The notes beneath the pieces are model-generated. The model had not been told where the DNA came from. It saw nothing but the letters and a program-made list of their open reading frames with translations, and did not search any database. Positions 16,349 to 26,300 of a stretch of DNA of 32,096 nt are shown one piece after another; within the stretch, counting starts at the first letter, position 1; each line of letters starts with the position of its first letter. The position numbers were made by a program, and so were the translations under genes. Origin of the DNA: Candidatus Caldatribacteriota bacterium (GTDB lineage Bacteria > Atribacterota > Phoenicimicrobiia > Phoenicimicrobiales > Phoenicimicrobiaceae); contig JAYEGH010000236.1 of the NCBI GenBank assembly GCA_034659055.1, forward strand, positions 1-32,096, read 5' to 3'.

Positions 16349-16444
16349 ACTATTTAAAAACAATTAAAATAAAACACATTTTTAAATTTTAAGTATATAC
16401 CTAAGAAATTAGAGTTAAAAGCAAAAACTACAACTACCATTAGA

Positions 16445-16556
16445 GGATTCGGGGGCCAGTAATCAGGAGTCAAAGAATATAAAATAACTTAAAAAATATA
16501 ATGTAACCTTATATTCTAAAATAATTCTGAATACTAAATTTTGGCTTCTGTCTTCT
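16445..16556. mobile_element. ~110 bp MITE-like dispersed repeat, copy A (overlaps the oppF 3' end)
   Basis: Aligns end to end with 26131-26236, including the internal spacer. Terminal arms are inverted heptamer arrays. Confidence 0.6.
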
Positions 16557-17529
16557 TGCTTTGTAAGTGACAAGCTACAAAATGTTCATTTCCAATATCT
16601 ATTAATTCCGGTTCTTCCTTCTTACATATCGGTTTAGCATATTTACATCTTGGTTGAAAACGACAACCTGCAGGTGGATTAAAAGGACTGGGAACATCCC
16701 CTTCTAATACAATCCGATGCCTCTCTACTGTAGGATCAGGGATAGGCACTGCTGAAAGGAGTGCTTTCGTATAAGGATGCAACGGGTTACTGTATAAATC
16801 AAAAACTGAGGTTATTTCTACGATTTTACCTAAATACATAACTGCGACTCTATCAGATATATGCTTTACTACGCTTAAGTCATGCGCAATAAATAAATAA
16901 GTAAGCTTAAATTTCTCTTGTAACTCTTCTAATAAATTTATCACTTGAGCTTGAATGGAAACATCGAGTGCAGAAACAGGTTCATCACAAATAATTAATT
17001 TAGGGTTTAGTGCTAATGCTCTTGCAATTCCAATTCTTTGCCTTTGTCCTCCGCTAAATTCATGAGGATATCTCCTCATATGACCTGCGTTTAATCCGAC
17101 AGTTTTTAATAATTCTACTGTTTTTTCTTCCCCTTCTTTTTTATTTGTAACAATTTTGTGGATAAATAAAGATTCTCCTACAATATCACCCACAGTCATT
17201 CGGGGGTTAAGAGAACCAAAAGGATCTTGAAATATTATTTGAATTTCGCGTCTTGCCTTTCTAATCTCTTCTTTACTTAGCTTGTAGACATCTTTCCCTT
17301 CAATTTCTACTTTTCCGGCAGTAGGTTCTAAAAGTCTTAAAATTGTTCTCCCTGCAGTAGTCTTGCCACAACCTGATTCTCCCACCAGGCCTAATGTTTC
17401 TCCTTCTTTAATATCAAAATTTATTCCATCTACTGCCTTTACATATCCTATTACCTTTGATAAAATACCTCCTCTTACCGGGAAATATTTTTTTAAATTC
17501 CTTACTTTTAGTAATGTATTATTTTCCAA
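16534..17529 (-). CDS. oppF: Oligopeptide/dipeptide ABC transporter ATPase OppF; probable TTG start at 17529
   Basis: [34 protein letters not shown] and C-terminal Cys cluster. The track's first codons are really the GGAGGT RBS. Confidence 0.95.
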   Translation of the reverse strand: MENNTLLKVRNLKKYFPVRGGILSKVIGYVKAVDGINFDIKEGETLGLVGESGCGKTTAGRTILRLLEPTAGKVEIEGKDVYKLSKEEIRKARREIQIIFQDPFGSLNPRMTVGDIVGESLFIHKIVTNKKEGEEKTVELLKTVGLNAGHMRRYPHEFSGGQRQRIGIARALALNPKLIICDEPVSALDVSIQAQVINLLEELQEKFKLTYLFIAHDLSVVKHISDRVAVMYLGKIVEITSVFDLYSNPLHPYTKALLSAVPIPDPTVERHRIVLEGDVPSPFNPPAGCRFQPRCKYAKPICKKEEPELIDIGNEHFVACHLQSKKTEAKI

Positions 17530-17561
17530 TCTTTTTACCTCCAACTTCTTAGAACTTAGAT

Positions 17562-17596
17562 TAGTCGTTAGTGATTAGTGAATGGTCGTTAGTTAT
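17562..17596. repeat. Heptamer array (TAGTNNN) of the same family as 6339-6373
   Basis: tagtcgt-tagtgat-tagtgaa-tggtcgt-tagttat. Confidence 0.75.
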
Positions 17597-17744
17597 AAAT
17601 ACAAAGTTCAAGATACGCTTAATTCAACTCTTGAATACAACTATTTTATTTACTATAGATTTGCTAATATTAAATAAAATTCTACTGGAATATAAGTTAA
17701 GTAACAGGAAATATACAAAAAAATTCCCTTACAATCAAATTGTA

Positions 17745-18773
17745 TTAATCTTGGGTGATAACTGCTGTTTCTTTCTTATTATTAAAATATTTTGCCTTAT
17801 CTTTATTATACATCCAACAACGCACAAGATGATTATCGCCAATATCTTCTAATTTGGGTTCTTCTTTACGACAAATATCTGTAGCAAATTTACAACGAGG
17901 ATAAAATTTACATCCAGAAGGCAAGGCTAAAGGGTCAGGTATGGTACCACTAATAACTTCTAATTTTTTTCCGGGTTTATCAGTCAATTGAGGAATAGAC
18001 TTCATAAGAGCCATAGTATAAGGATGTTTTGGTTTCTTAAAAATGTTTGTTACATCTGCATACTCCATCGCTTTTCCAGCATATACTACCACTACATTAT
18101 CCGATACTTCAGCAATTACTCCTAAATCATGAGTAATCATTAAAACAGCCATCCCAATTTCATCTCTTAATTTTTTTACCAATTCTAAAATCTGAGCCTG
18201 AATTGTAACATCTAATGCGGTTGTAGGTTCATCTGCAATTAATAAATCTGGGTTACAGGACAGGGCCATGGCAATCATAATCCTCTGTCTTTGTCCCCCG
18301 CTTAGTTCATGGGGATATTCGTATATTCTAGTTTCGGGATTAGGCATTCCTACTAATTTTAACATCTCTACAGTTTTTTTTAATGCATTTCTTTTATTTA
18401 ACTTTTGATGCAGCGCTATAGCTTCAGATATCTGTTCACCAATAGTATAAACCGGATTTAAAGAAGTCATTGGTTCTTGAAAAATCATAGAGATATCATT
18501 TCCTCTAATTTTTCTCATTTCTTCTTCACTTTTCTTCAATAAATCTTTTCCTTTAAACCAGATTTCACCGGAAACAATTTTACCTGGCGGATTTTGAATT
18601 AATCTCAATACAGAAAGGGCAGATACACTTTTCCCGCATCCTGATTCACCTACCATCCCTAAAGTTTGTCCTTTTTTTAAGGTAAAATCGACACCATCAA
18701 CTGCTTTAACTACTCCATCATCTGTATAAAAATAAGTCTTGAGATTTTTAACTTGAAGCAATGAATCTCCCAT
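17745..18773 (-). CDS. oppD: Oligopeptide/dipeptide ABC transporter ATPase OppD
   Basis: GESGCGKSV, IFQEPMTSLNPV, YPHELSGGQRQR and IADEPTTALDVTIQAQ. Confidence 0.95.
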   Translation of the reverse strand: MGDSLLQVKNLKTYFYTDDGVVKAVDGVDFTLKKGQTLGMVGESGCGKSVSALSVLRLIQNPPGKIVSGEIWFKGKDLLKKSEEEMRKIRGNDISMIFQEPMTSLNPVYTIGEQISEAIALHQKLNKRNALKKTVEMLKLVGMPNPETRIYEYPHELSGGQRQRIMIAMALSCNPDLLIADEPTTALDVTIQAQILELVKKLRDEIGMAVLMITHDLGVIAEVSDNVVVVYAGKAMEYADVTNIFKKPKHPYTMALMKSIPQLTDKPGKKLEVISGTIPDPLALPSGCKFYPRCKFATDICRKEEPKLEDIGDNHLVRCWMYNKDKAKYFNNKKETAVITQD

Positions 18774-18862
18774 TTACCCTTTACCTCCATCTTAAATATA
18801 CTTATTAAATAATCTCTTTTAATTTAAATTTTATTATATTTTTTGAATTAATAAAAATCTTT

Positions 18863-19087
18863 CTATTTTATTAAATTAAGCAAAAGGGAAGAGACCATAA
18901 AAAGTACGGCCACAACAGTTGTAAGTTTTACTAAAAATGCTTCCTTACCTTTCTTTCCGCCATGATCCGCGGTAGTTCCCCCTCCAAATATTCCTGAAGC
19001 TTTGCTTGATTTTCTAACCTGTAAAACTACTGTCAAAATCAATGCAAGGCTTATTGCAATCTGAATTAGCATTATTCCTGTTGACAT
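18863..19087 (-). CDS. secG: Preprotein translocase subunit SecG
   Basis: Two TM helices, VVLQ, SGIFGGG and LVKLT; downstream of tpiA. Confidence 0.92.
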   Translation of the reverse strand: MSTGIMLIQIAISLALILTVVLQVRKSSKASGIFGGGTTADHGGKKGKEAFLVKLTTVVAVLFMVSSLLLNLIK

Positions 19088-19190
19088 CTTTAACTCCTCT
19101 CATAAAAAATAAATCATGGAATTTATTTGTTATTATTCTCAGACAAAAAACATTCTTTTGTAATCTTTTTATCTATAATTCCAGTGTTAA

Positions 19191-19219
19191 AGTTTAACAT
19201 AATTACATTATTAGTTCAA
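19191..19219 (-). promoter_or_regulatory. Sigma70-type promoter for secG
   Basis: TTGAAC-N17-TAAACT with TGn extension. Confidence 0.55.
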
Positions 19220-19235
19220 GGCTAAAAAAGTATCG

Positions 19236-19419
19236 AACTACCCCACTAAAGTTTACACTAATAAAGTATCGAGTATATAGATAGGAAAAGAAAGAGAAAG
19301 AAATATAAAAAAACAGCATCCTTTTTTTATCAAACTACCTCAATACGCTACAGTTTACACTAACAAATGTAGTATCGAGTATGTAGCATTGGATATCGAG
19401 CTAAGAAGAAACAAGAAAG
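19236..19419. repeat. Degenerate ~100 bp tandem duplication with AGTATCG heptamers
   Basis: AGTTTACACTAA at 19250 and 19352; AGTATCGAGTAT at 19265 and 19371. Each unit ends in a purine-rich tail. A related inverted copy lies at about 6243-6300. Confidence 0.7.
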
Positions 19420-19431
19420 TTTAAGTTAATT

Positions 19432-20193
19432 TTAAAATATTTTAGCTGCATCTACTAATTGAGAAAAACTTAATGCATGCAAACTTGCTCCTCCAACTAA
19501 TGCTCCATCAATTTCAGATTCATTAATAAATTCACCAATATTTTTAGAGTTTACGCTTCCTCCATATAATATTCTTATCTGCGCGGCTACTTTCTCCCCA
19601 TATTCAGAGGAAAATAATTCTCTAATAAATTTAATAATTGAATTAGCATCTTGAGGGCTGGAAGATTTGCCGGTACCAATGGCCCATATAGGTTCATACG
19701 CAATAATTATCTTTCTTGCTAAAACTGAATCAATCTCAAGAAATAAAGCCTTGATCTGTTTTTCTATTACTTTCTTATATTCTCCGCTTTCTCTCTCCTC
19801 TAAATTTTCTCCTACACATAGGATAGGTATAAGGTCATGATTAAAAGCAGCTTTGGTTTTTTTTGCTACCTGTTCAGAGGTTTCTTTAAAATATTTTCTT
19901 CTTTCGGAATGCCCCAATATAACGTACTCACATCCAATATCTTGAAGCATTAAAGGTGATATTTCTCCAGTAAACGCTCCTTTTTCCTCTTGATATAAAT
20001 TTTGTGCACCTAAGTGAATATTTGTTCCATCAATTATTTCTTTTATAACCCAAAGAGAAGTAAATGGAGGACATACTACAATATCTACTCCCTTTATCTC
20101 ACGGATAAAATCTTTTAATTCTTTTACCATAGCTGCTGATTCTACGATCGTTTTATTCATTTTCCAATTTCCAGCAATAACAGGAATACGCAT
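19432..20193 (-). CDS. tpiA: Triosephosphate isomerase; start at ATG 20193
   Basis: IAGNWKMNK, LGHSERR, AYEPIWAIGTG, LYGGSV and LVGGASL. Confidence 0.98.
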   Translation of the reverse strand: MRIPVIAGNWKMNKTIVESAAMVKELKDFIREIKGVDIVVCPPFTSLWVIKEIIDGTNIHLGAQNLYQEEKGAFTGEISPLMLQDIGCEYVILGHSERRKYFKETSEQVAKKTKAAFNHDLIPILCVGENLEERESGEYKKVIEKQIKALFLEIDSVLARKIIIAYEPIWAIGTGKSSSPQDANSIIKFIRELFSSEYGEKVAAQIRILYGGSVNSKNIGEFINESEIDGALVGGASLHALSFSQLVDAAKIF

Positions 20194-20236
20194 TACTTTT
20201 ACCTCCATTTGTCTAATTTAGTCGTTATCAATATTG

Positions 20237-20318
20237 AGTTAATTAGTTAGATAGTTAGCTGATTTAATGCTATTCCTTAAACTGGCTAATCAATTAAACA
20301 GGTAACCAACTAACTAAA
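20237..20318. repeat. Inverted pair of octamer arrays between gap and tpiA
   Basis: Left gagttaat-tagttaga-tagttagc-tgatttaa; right ttaaactg-gctaatca-attaaaca-ggtaacca-actaacta. Confidence 0.65.
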
Positions 20319-20325
20319 TATATGT

Positions 20326-21366
<1,041 letters not shown>

Positions 21367-21492
21367 TTATTTTAATAGCATCTTTTTAAATAAACTTTAT
21401 TTTCTTAATTGCTTAGCTTTTCTGGATATATTTGTACAACCAACCATTCAACCAAGTAATATCTCTAACTAAACGAACGTCTAATTAAACAA

Positions 21493-22980
21493 TTATTTAG
21501 TAAATCTTTTGCGAAGATTGGAAGGTAAAATTTTTAGAATTTTTCTATATTTTGTTACCGTTCGTCTGGCAATGTTTATTTCTTCTTTTGAACTTAATAA
21601 ATCTGCTAACTTTTGATCACTCCATGGTTTCAAATGATTTTCCTTTTCTATATACCCTTTTATTAATTTTTTTACTTTATCTGAAGAGATTGTGTTTTTC
21701 TTTGTTTTATCCACTCCCTGAGAGAAAAAAAATTTCATCCCCATAAGTCCGCGTGGAGTTTGAATATTCTTATTATGAATCGCCCTGGAAACAGTAGATT
21801 CATGGATTTCCAGTTTATCCGCAACTACCTTTAAAGTCAATGGTTTAATATATAAAATTCCTCTATTTAAGAAATCTTTCTGATAATCCACTAAAATTTC
21901 AGTAATACGATATATGGTTCTTTTTCTCTGCTCTACCCCTTTAATTAAAAATTTTGCGGCATTTAATTTCTCTTCAACATATTTCTTAGTATCTTCAATT
22001 TTACGATTAGGAAATTCTTTATTTTGAATTATTTTAACTCTCTCTCGAAATAAAGATTTACTACTTACATTTAATATTTTTCTATAAAGGGAATTTATTT
22101 TTATTTGGGGCAAGAAAGTATCATTTTGAATTATTCTATATTCACCTTTTAACCCCTTCTGTATTGTGACATCAGGTATTATATATTGGGTGTCTTTTAT
22201 ACTTCCTATTTTTCTTCCCGGTTTGGGATCGAATTTTTTTCTAATTACATCAGACACATATTGTACTTTCTCGACTGTTATATTCAACCTTTTGGCAATT
22301 TTTTTATATGATTTTTTAGCTAAATCAATTAAAAATAATTTTATTATTTTTTCTATATTTATATCATCAATTCCCAGATATTTTTTTTGAATCAGCAAAC
22401 ATTCTTCTAAATTTCTGGCCCCAACTCCGGGAGGATCAAAACTTTGTATCAAATATAATAATTCTTTTATTTTATCTCTATCTATATTTATATCTTGAGA
22501 AATCGTCTCTAATGTAATTTTTAAATAGCCATTTTCATCAATATTTCCAATTAAGTATTCGCCAATTTTATAATCCAGACTATCGGTTACTGTTTCACCT
22601 AATTGACCTAAAAGGTAATCTCTTAATGATTCTTTATAACATATAACACTCTCATATTTATTTTCTCTACCAAAAACCGGCCTACCTGGAAAAGGCTGAT
22701 AATCTCTTCCTTTAAGATAACTTAGCCAGTCAATTGGATTATCTTTTTCCTCGTCTTTAGCTCTTTCTTCAATTAGCCTGTTATTTTCTTCTTTTTGCGG
22801 TATTTTTTCTGTAACTAAATTTTCTTCCTGATTAATTTCCAATAAAGGATTTTCTATCAATTCCTTATTAACCAAATCTCTAAGTTCAATTAAATTTAAC
22901 TGTAAAATATTAATGGATTGATATAGTTGAGGAGACAAAGTTAGTCTCTGTTTTTGTGTTAACGATAATTCCTGTTTCAT
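21493..22980 (-). CDS. rpoN: RNA polymerase sigma-54 factor
   Basis: Q/L-rich region I, ENPLLE, DPPGVGAR, HESTVSRA and RpoN box ARRTVTKYR. Confidence 0.97.
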   Translation of the reverse strand: MKQELSLTQKQRLTLSPQLYQSINILQLNLIELRDLVNKELIENPLLEINQEENLVTEKIPQKEENNRLIEERAKDEEKDNPIDWLSYLKGRDYQPFPGRPVFGRENKYESVICYKESLRDYLLGQLGETVTDSLDYKIGEYLIGNIDENGYLKITLETISQDINIDRDKIKELLYLIQSFDPPGVGARNLEECLLIQKKYLGIDDINIEKIIKLFLIDLAKKSYKKIAKRLNITVEKVQYVSDVIRKKFDPKPGRKIGSIKDTQYIIPDVTIQKGLKGEYRIIQNDTFLPQIKINSLYRKILNVSSKSLFRERVKIIQNKEFPNRKIEDTKKYVEEKLNAAKFLIKGVEQRKRTIYRITEILVDYQKDFLNRGILYIKPLTLKVVADKLEIHESTVSRAIHNKNIQTPRGLMGMKFFFSQGVDKTKKNTISSDKVKKLIKGYIEKENHLKPWSDQKLADLLSSKEEINIARRTVTKYRKILKILPSNLRKRFTK

Positions 22981-23017
22981 CCTTTAACTCACTTCTATAC
23001 CATGGTTAGGCTCTCCC

Positions 23018-24118
23018 TTATACTATTGTTAACAAAGTTTCCGGATCAAAAATATGAGTCTTTTCCATGTCTAATGCTACTTCTATTTCTTGCCCAACTT
23101 CTACTTGAGTACGTGTATCCATCTTCCCTATTACGGAAATTTTCCCGCAGGTCAGGTATATAAAAATCTCTGCTCCCAAGGGTTCAATTACATCTACCAT
23201 AGTTTTTATAGTATTAGATTGTGCAGCATTAGAAAAGAATTGTTTGTCATGAATGTCCTCGGGTCTAACTCCAAAAATTACTTCTTTCCCGGCATAATCT
23301 GCCATTTTAGAATAAAAAGCCTGGGGAGCCTTTACTTTAAAACTTTCTGTATCGATAAAATAGTCTCCATTTTCCTTTACAATTTTAGAATCTATAAAAT
23401 TCATTGCCGGAGAACCGATAAAACCAGCCACAAATTTATTGTTCGGTTTTTGATAAACTTCCAAAGGCGCACCTGCTTGTTGTAAGAGACCATCATTCAT
23501 TATAAACATTCTATCAGCCATAGTCATTGCTTCTACCTGATCGTGAGTTACATAAATTATAGTAGCTCCCAACCTACGATGAAGTTTGCTGATTTCTGCC
23601 CTCATAGCTACTCTTAGCTTGGCGTCCAAATTAGAAAGAGGTTCATCAAATAAAAATACCTTCGGTTTTCTGACAATAGCTCTTCCTACTGCCACTCGCT
23701 GCCTTTGCCCACCGGATAACTGTTTAGGTTTTCTCTTTAATAAGTTTTCAATCCCTAATATCTCTGCTGCTTCCTGCACTCTTTGGTCTATCTCTTTCTT
23801 GGGAAATTTCCGCAATTTTAATCCGAAAGCCATATTATTGTAAACATCCATATGGGGATAAAGGGCGTAGTTTTGAAAGACCATGGCAATATCTCTGTCT
23901 TTTGGTTGGACATCATTTACAAGTTTGTCTCCGATATAGATTTCTCCGGAAGTTGCTTCTTCTAACCCAGCAATTGCCCGCAAGGTCGTAGTCTTCCCAC
24001 AACCGGATGGACCAACTAAGACTGCAAATTCTTTATCCTTTATCTCTATGTTAAAATTATCTACCGCAGTTACTTCTTTAAACTTTTTAGTAAATTTTTT
24101 CAAGATAACATTTGACAT
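23018..24118 (-). CDS. Carbohydrate ABC transporter ATPase (MalK/MsmX/UgpC family), orphan
   Basis: GPSGCGKTT, VFQNYALYPHM, LSGGQRQR, FDEPLSNLDAKLR, FIGSPAMN and TOBE tail. Confidence 0.93.
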   Translation of the reverse strand: MSNVILKKFTKKFKEVTAVDNFNIEIKDKEFAVLVGPSGCGKTTTLRAIAGLEEATSGEIYIGDKLVNDVQPKDRDIAMVFQNYALYPHMDVYNNMAFGLKLRKFPKKEIDQRVQEAAEILGIENLLKRKPKQLSGGQRQRVAVGRAIVRKPKVFLFDEPLSNLDAKLRVAMRAEISKLHRRLGATIIYVTHDQVEAMTMADRMFIMNDGLLQQAGAPLEVYQKPNNKFVAGFIGSPAMNFIDSKIVKENGDYFIDTESFKVKAPQAFYSKMADYAGKEVIFGVRPEDIHDKQFFSNAAQSNTIKTMVDVIEPLGAEIFIYLTCGKISVIGKMDTRTQVEVGQEIEVALDMEKTHIFDPETLLTIV

Positions 24119-24188
24119 TTTAATCTCTCCTTTTTCATTTATTTGAATAAATTTTTTTATAATCCCATAATATTTCTAATTTTTATTT

Positions 24189-25121
24189 TTACAATTCATC
24201 GGCTATCTGATTAATTTTTTTTAAACGATGATAAATCCCCGATTTAGTAATTTTAAAATTTATTCCTTCGGCTAATTCCTGTAGACTTGCATAAGGAAAA
24301 TTCTTTCTAATTTCTGCTATTAAGGCTAATTTCGGTGAAATATTTTTTAAGCCTATTTTTTTTTCTATCACATCTATGCTCTGCAATTGCCTTGTAGCAG
24401 AAAAGACTATTTTATCTAAATTAGCTGTTTCACAATTAACTAGCCTGTTTACTCTATTTAATACATCTTTCCTTGCTCTAATATCTTGAAAATATAGTAA
24501 GGCACTTTGTACCCCAATCAATCTCAAAAATTCAAATATACTATCTCCCTTTTTTATATATATTATCCATTTCTTTTTCCAAAAGGTTATCCGAAAATTC
24601 AAATCATAATAATTAAGGAGATTATGTATAAAATTTGCTTCTATTTTGGTATTTGCCGAAATTTCCAAATGATACATTTTCTCAGGATCATTTACGAAAC
24701 CATTTACCAAAAAAGCTCCTCTTAAATATGATTCCTTAGAGAAAAAGTCATCTATTGTTAATCTTTTACTGACAATGAGTTGCCAATTATCCTTACAATT
24801 ATCTTTCCAACTCAGCCCTATTTCCTTTATAATTTTTTTACTATCTTTTGATGAGCTAGTTTCAACTACATAATACTTTCTTTTATGAGATAGGTTTTTA
24901 GGTTGAACTAAAGAGTATATTTTAAAAATATTTTTTATTAAATTATAAACTGTTCGAGCAATGGCTGGATTATCAAGAGTAATCATTAATCTGATTTCTC
25001 TATTTCTTCTAATCACAACCCCTTTTAATACTATAAAGGATAGCAGTTCATCTTTCTGTTCAGAAATATTTTGAGGTATTACTCTGGTTAATTCGTTTTT
25101 TACTCGATAAGAAAATAACAT
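24189..25121 (-). CDS. whiA: DNA-binding protein WhiA
   Basis: FSYRVKNEL, YLRGAFL, DPEKMYHLEI, VNRLVNCETANL and KSGIYHRL. Confidence 0.95.
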   Translation of the reverse strand: MLFSYRVKNELTRVIPQNISEQKDELLSFIVLKGVVIRRNREIRLMITLDNPAIARTVYNLIKNIFKIYSLVQPKNLSHKRKYYVVETSSSKDSKKIIKEIGLSWKDNCKDNWQLIVSKRLTIDDFFSKESYLRGAFLVNGFVNDPEKMYHLEISANTKIEANFIHNLLNYYDLNFRITFWKKKWIIYIKKGDSIFEFLRLIGVQSALLYFQDIRARKDVLNRVNRLVNCETANLDKIVFSATRQLQSIDVIEKKIGLKNISPKLALIAEIRKNFPYASLQELAEGINFKITKSGIYHRLKKINQIADEL

Positions 25122-25145
25122 TTAAATCTTTCTTCTTAGGCTAAA

Positions 25146-26048
25146 TCAAAATAAAGGTGCTCGTAATCCATTTTCATTCACTCTTTCTTCTTTGCTCAGG
25201 TCTCTGTGTTTTATAGATGTTTTATAGCCTTCCCCCTGTAAATAACTTGCCAATTTATTTATTAAAACTACCGATCTATGTCTTCCTCCTGTACATCCGA
25301 AAGCAATGGATAGATAAGTTTTGCCTTCTTTGAGGTAATATGGTATTAAAAAACCAATTATATTAAAATAGGCCTCCATAAATTTCTGAGTAATCAAAAA
25401 ATCAGTTACGTATTTTTGAATCTGTTTATCCGTTCCCGGCAAAGATTTTAAGGTTTCTACATAAAAAGGATTAGGAATAAACCTAACATCAAAGACTATA
25501 TCTACATCGATAGGAATGCCATATTTGTACCCGAATGAAATAAGATTTAATTGGATATTTTGCGATTTATCTTTAATAAAATTTCGAATAAGTTCATTGC
25601 TTAATTGCTTGGGAGTTAAATCTGAAGTATCTATTATTAAATTAGCTTTTGATCTTAGCCCTTTTAATCTTTTTCTTTCTGCCTGTATATTTTCTAACAT
25701 GCTATCTGAAATGTTTAAAGGGTGTTTTCTTCTAGTTCCACTAAATCTATGAACTAATACATCATCACTTGCTTCTAAAAAAAATATCTCTGTGTTAATT
25801 CCCAACTCTTTTAAGTGATCGAATGAACTAAATAGATCTTTGAAAAATATTCCTCCTCTTATATCTACCACTAAAGCAATTTTGGATAATTTACCTTTTG
25901 ATTTTAAACATATCTCAGCAAATTTAAAGATTAACTGAGGAGGGATATTATCCACACAGAAAAAACCCGAATCTTCAAAACATTTAATTGCTATACTCTT
26001 TCCTGCCCCTGACAGACCAGTTATTATTACAAATCTCGTCTCATCCAA
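25146..26048 (-). CDS. rapZ: RNase adapter RapZ/YvcJ P-loop protein
   Basis: ITGLSGAGKS, CVDNIP, TRRKHPL, SFGYKYGIP, DVRFIPNP and GCTGGRHRSV. Confidence 0.96.
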   Translation of the reverse strand: MDETRFVIITGLSGAGKSIAIKCFEDSGFFCVDNIPPQLIFKFAEICLKSKGKLSKIALVVDIRGGIFFKDLFSSFDHLKELGINTEIFFLEASDDVLVHRFSGTRRKHPLNISDSMLENIQAERKRLKGLRSKANLIIDTSDLTPKQLSNELIRNFIKDKSQNIQLNLISFGYKYGIPIDVDIVFDVRFIPNPFYVETLKSLPGTDKQIQKYVTDFLITQKFMEAYFNIIGFLIPYYLKEGKTYLSIAFGCTGGRHRSVVLINKLASYLQGEGYKTSIKHRDLSKEERVNENGLRAPLF

Positions 26049-26130
26049 TTAATCTCAACGCCTCCTCTAAAGTTGATAGTAAAAAACCATAATTTAAAAT
26101 TTAAAAATCTTTTAAAATTAATTATGCATC

Positions 26131-26236
26131 CAGAATTCAGGAGCCAGTAGTCAAAAGGATACATAATAACTCCATACATAATATAATATTACAATTTAAG
26201 ATTATTCTGAATACTGGATTCTGTGTACTGACTACT
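26131..26236. mobile_element. ~110 bp MITE-like dispersed repeat, copy B
   Basis: cagaatt-caggagc-cagtagt...ttctgaa-tactgga-ttctgtg-tactgac-tact; homologous to 16445-16556. Confidence 0.6.
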
Positions 26237-26256
26237 AATTTTTATCTTTTATTTTC

Positions 26257-26296
26257 TTAACTAGCTAACCAGGTAACCAACTAACCAGCTAACTAA
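26257..26296. repeat. Octamer tandem array right after the argS stop
   Basis: ttaactag-ctaaccag-gtaaccaa-ctaaccag-ctaactaa; shares the exact 16-mer CAGGTAACCAACTAAC with 20299-20314. Confidence 0.8.
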
Positions 26297-26300
26297 TGTT

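Noticed and set aside
17571-17852. 93-aa plus-strand ORF in the oppD/oppF gap
   Set aside because: Starts inside a heptamer array, overlaps oppD antisense, and has no RBS or recognisable domain.
19236-19419. Possible degenerate CRISPR array
   Set aside because: Only two ~100 bp units, no unique spacer pattern, and no cas genes.
25125-25195. AAGAAGAAAGA direct repeat and 13-codon mini-ORF at the rapZ/whiA junction as a yvcK deletion scar
   Set aside because: Low-complexity purine motif with no recognisable YvcK similarity.
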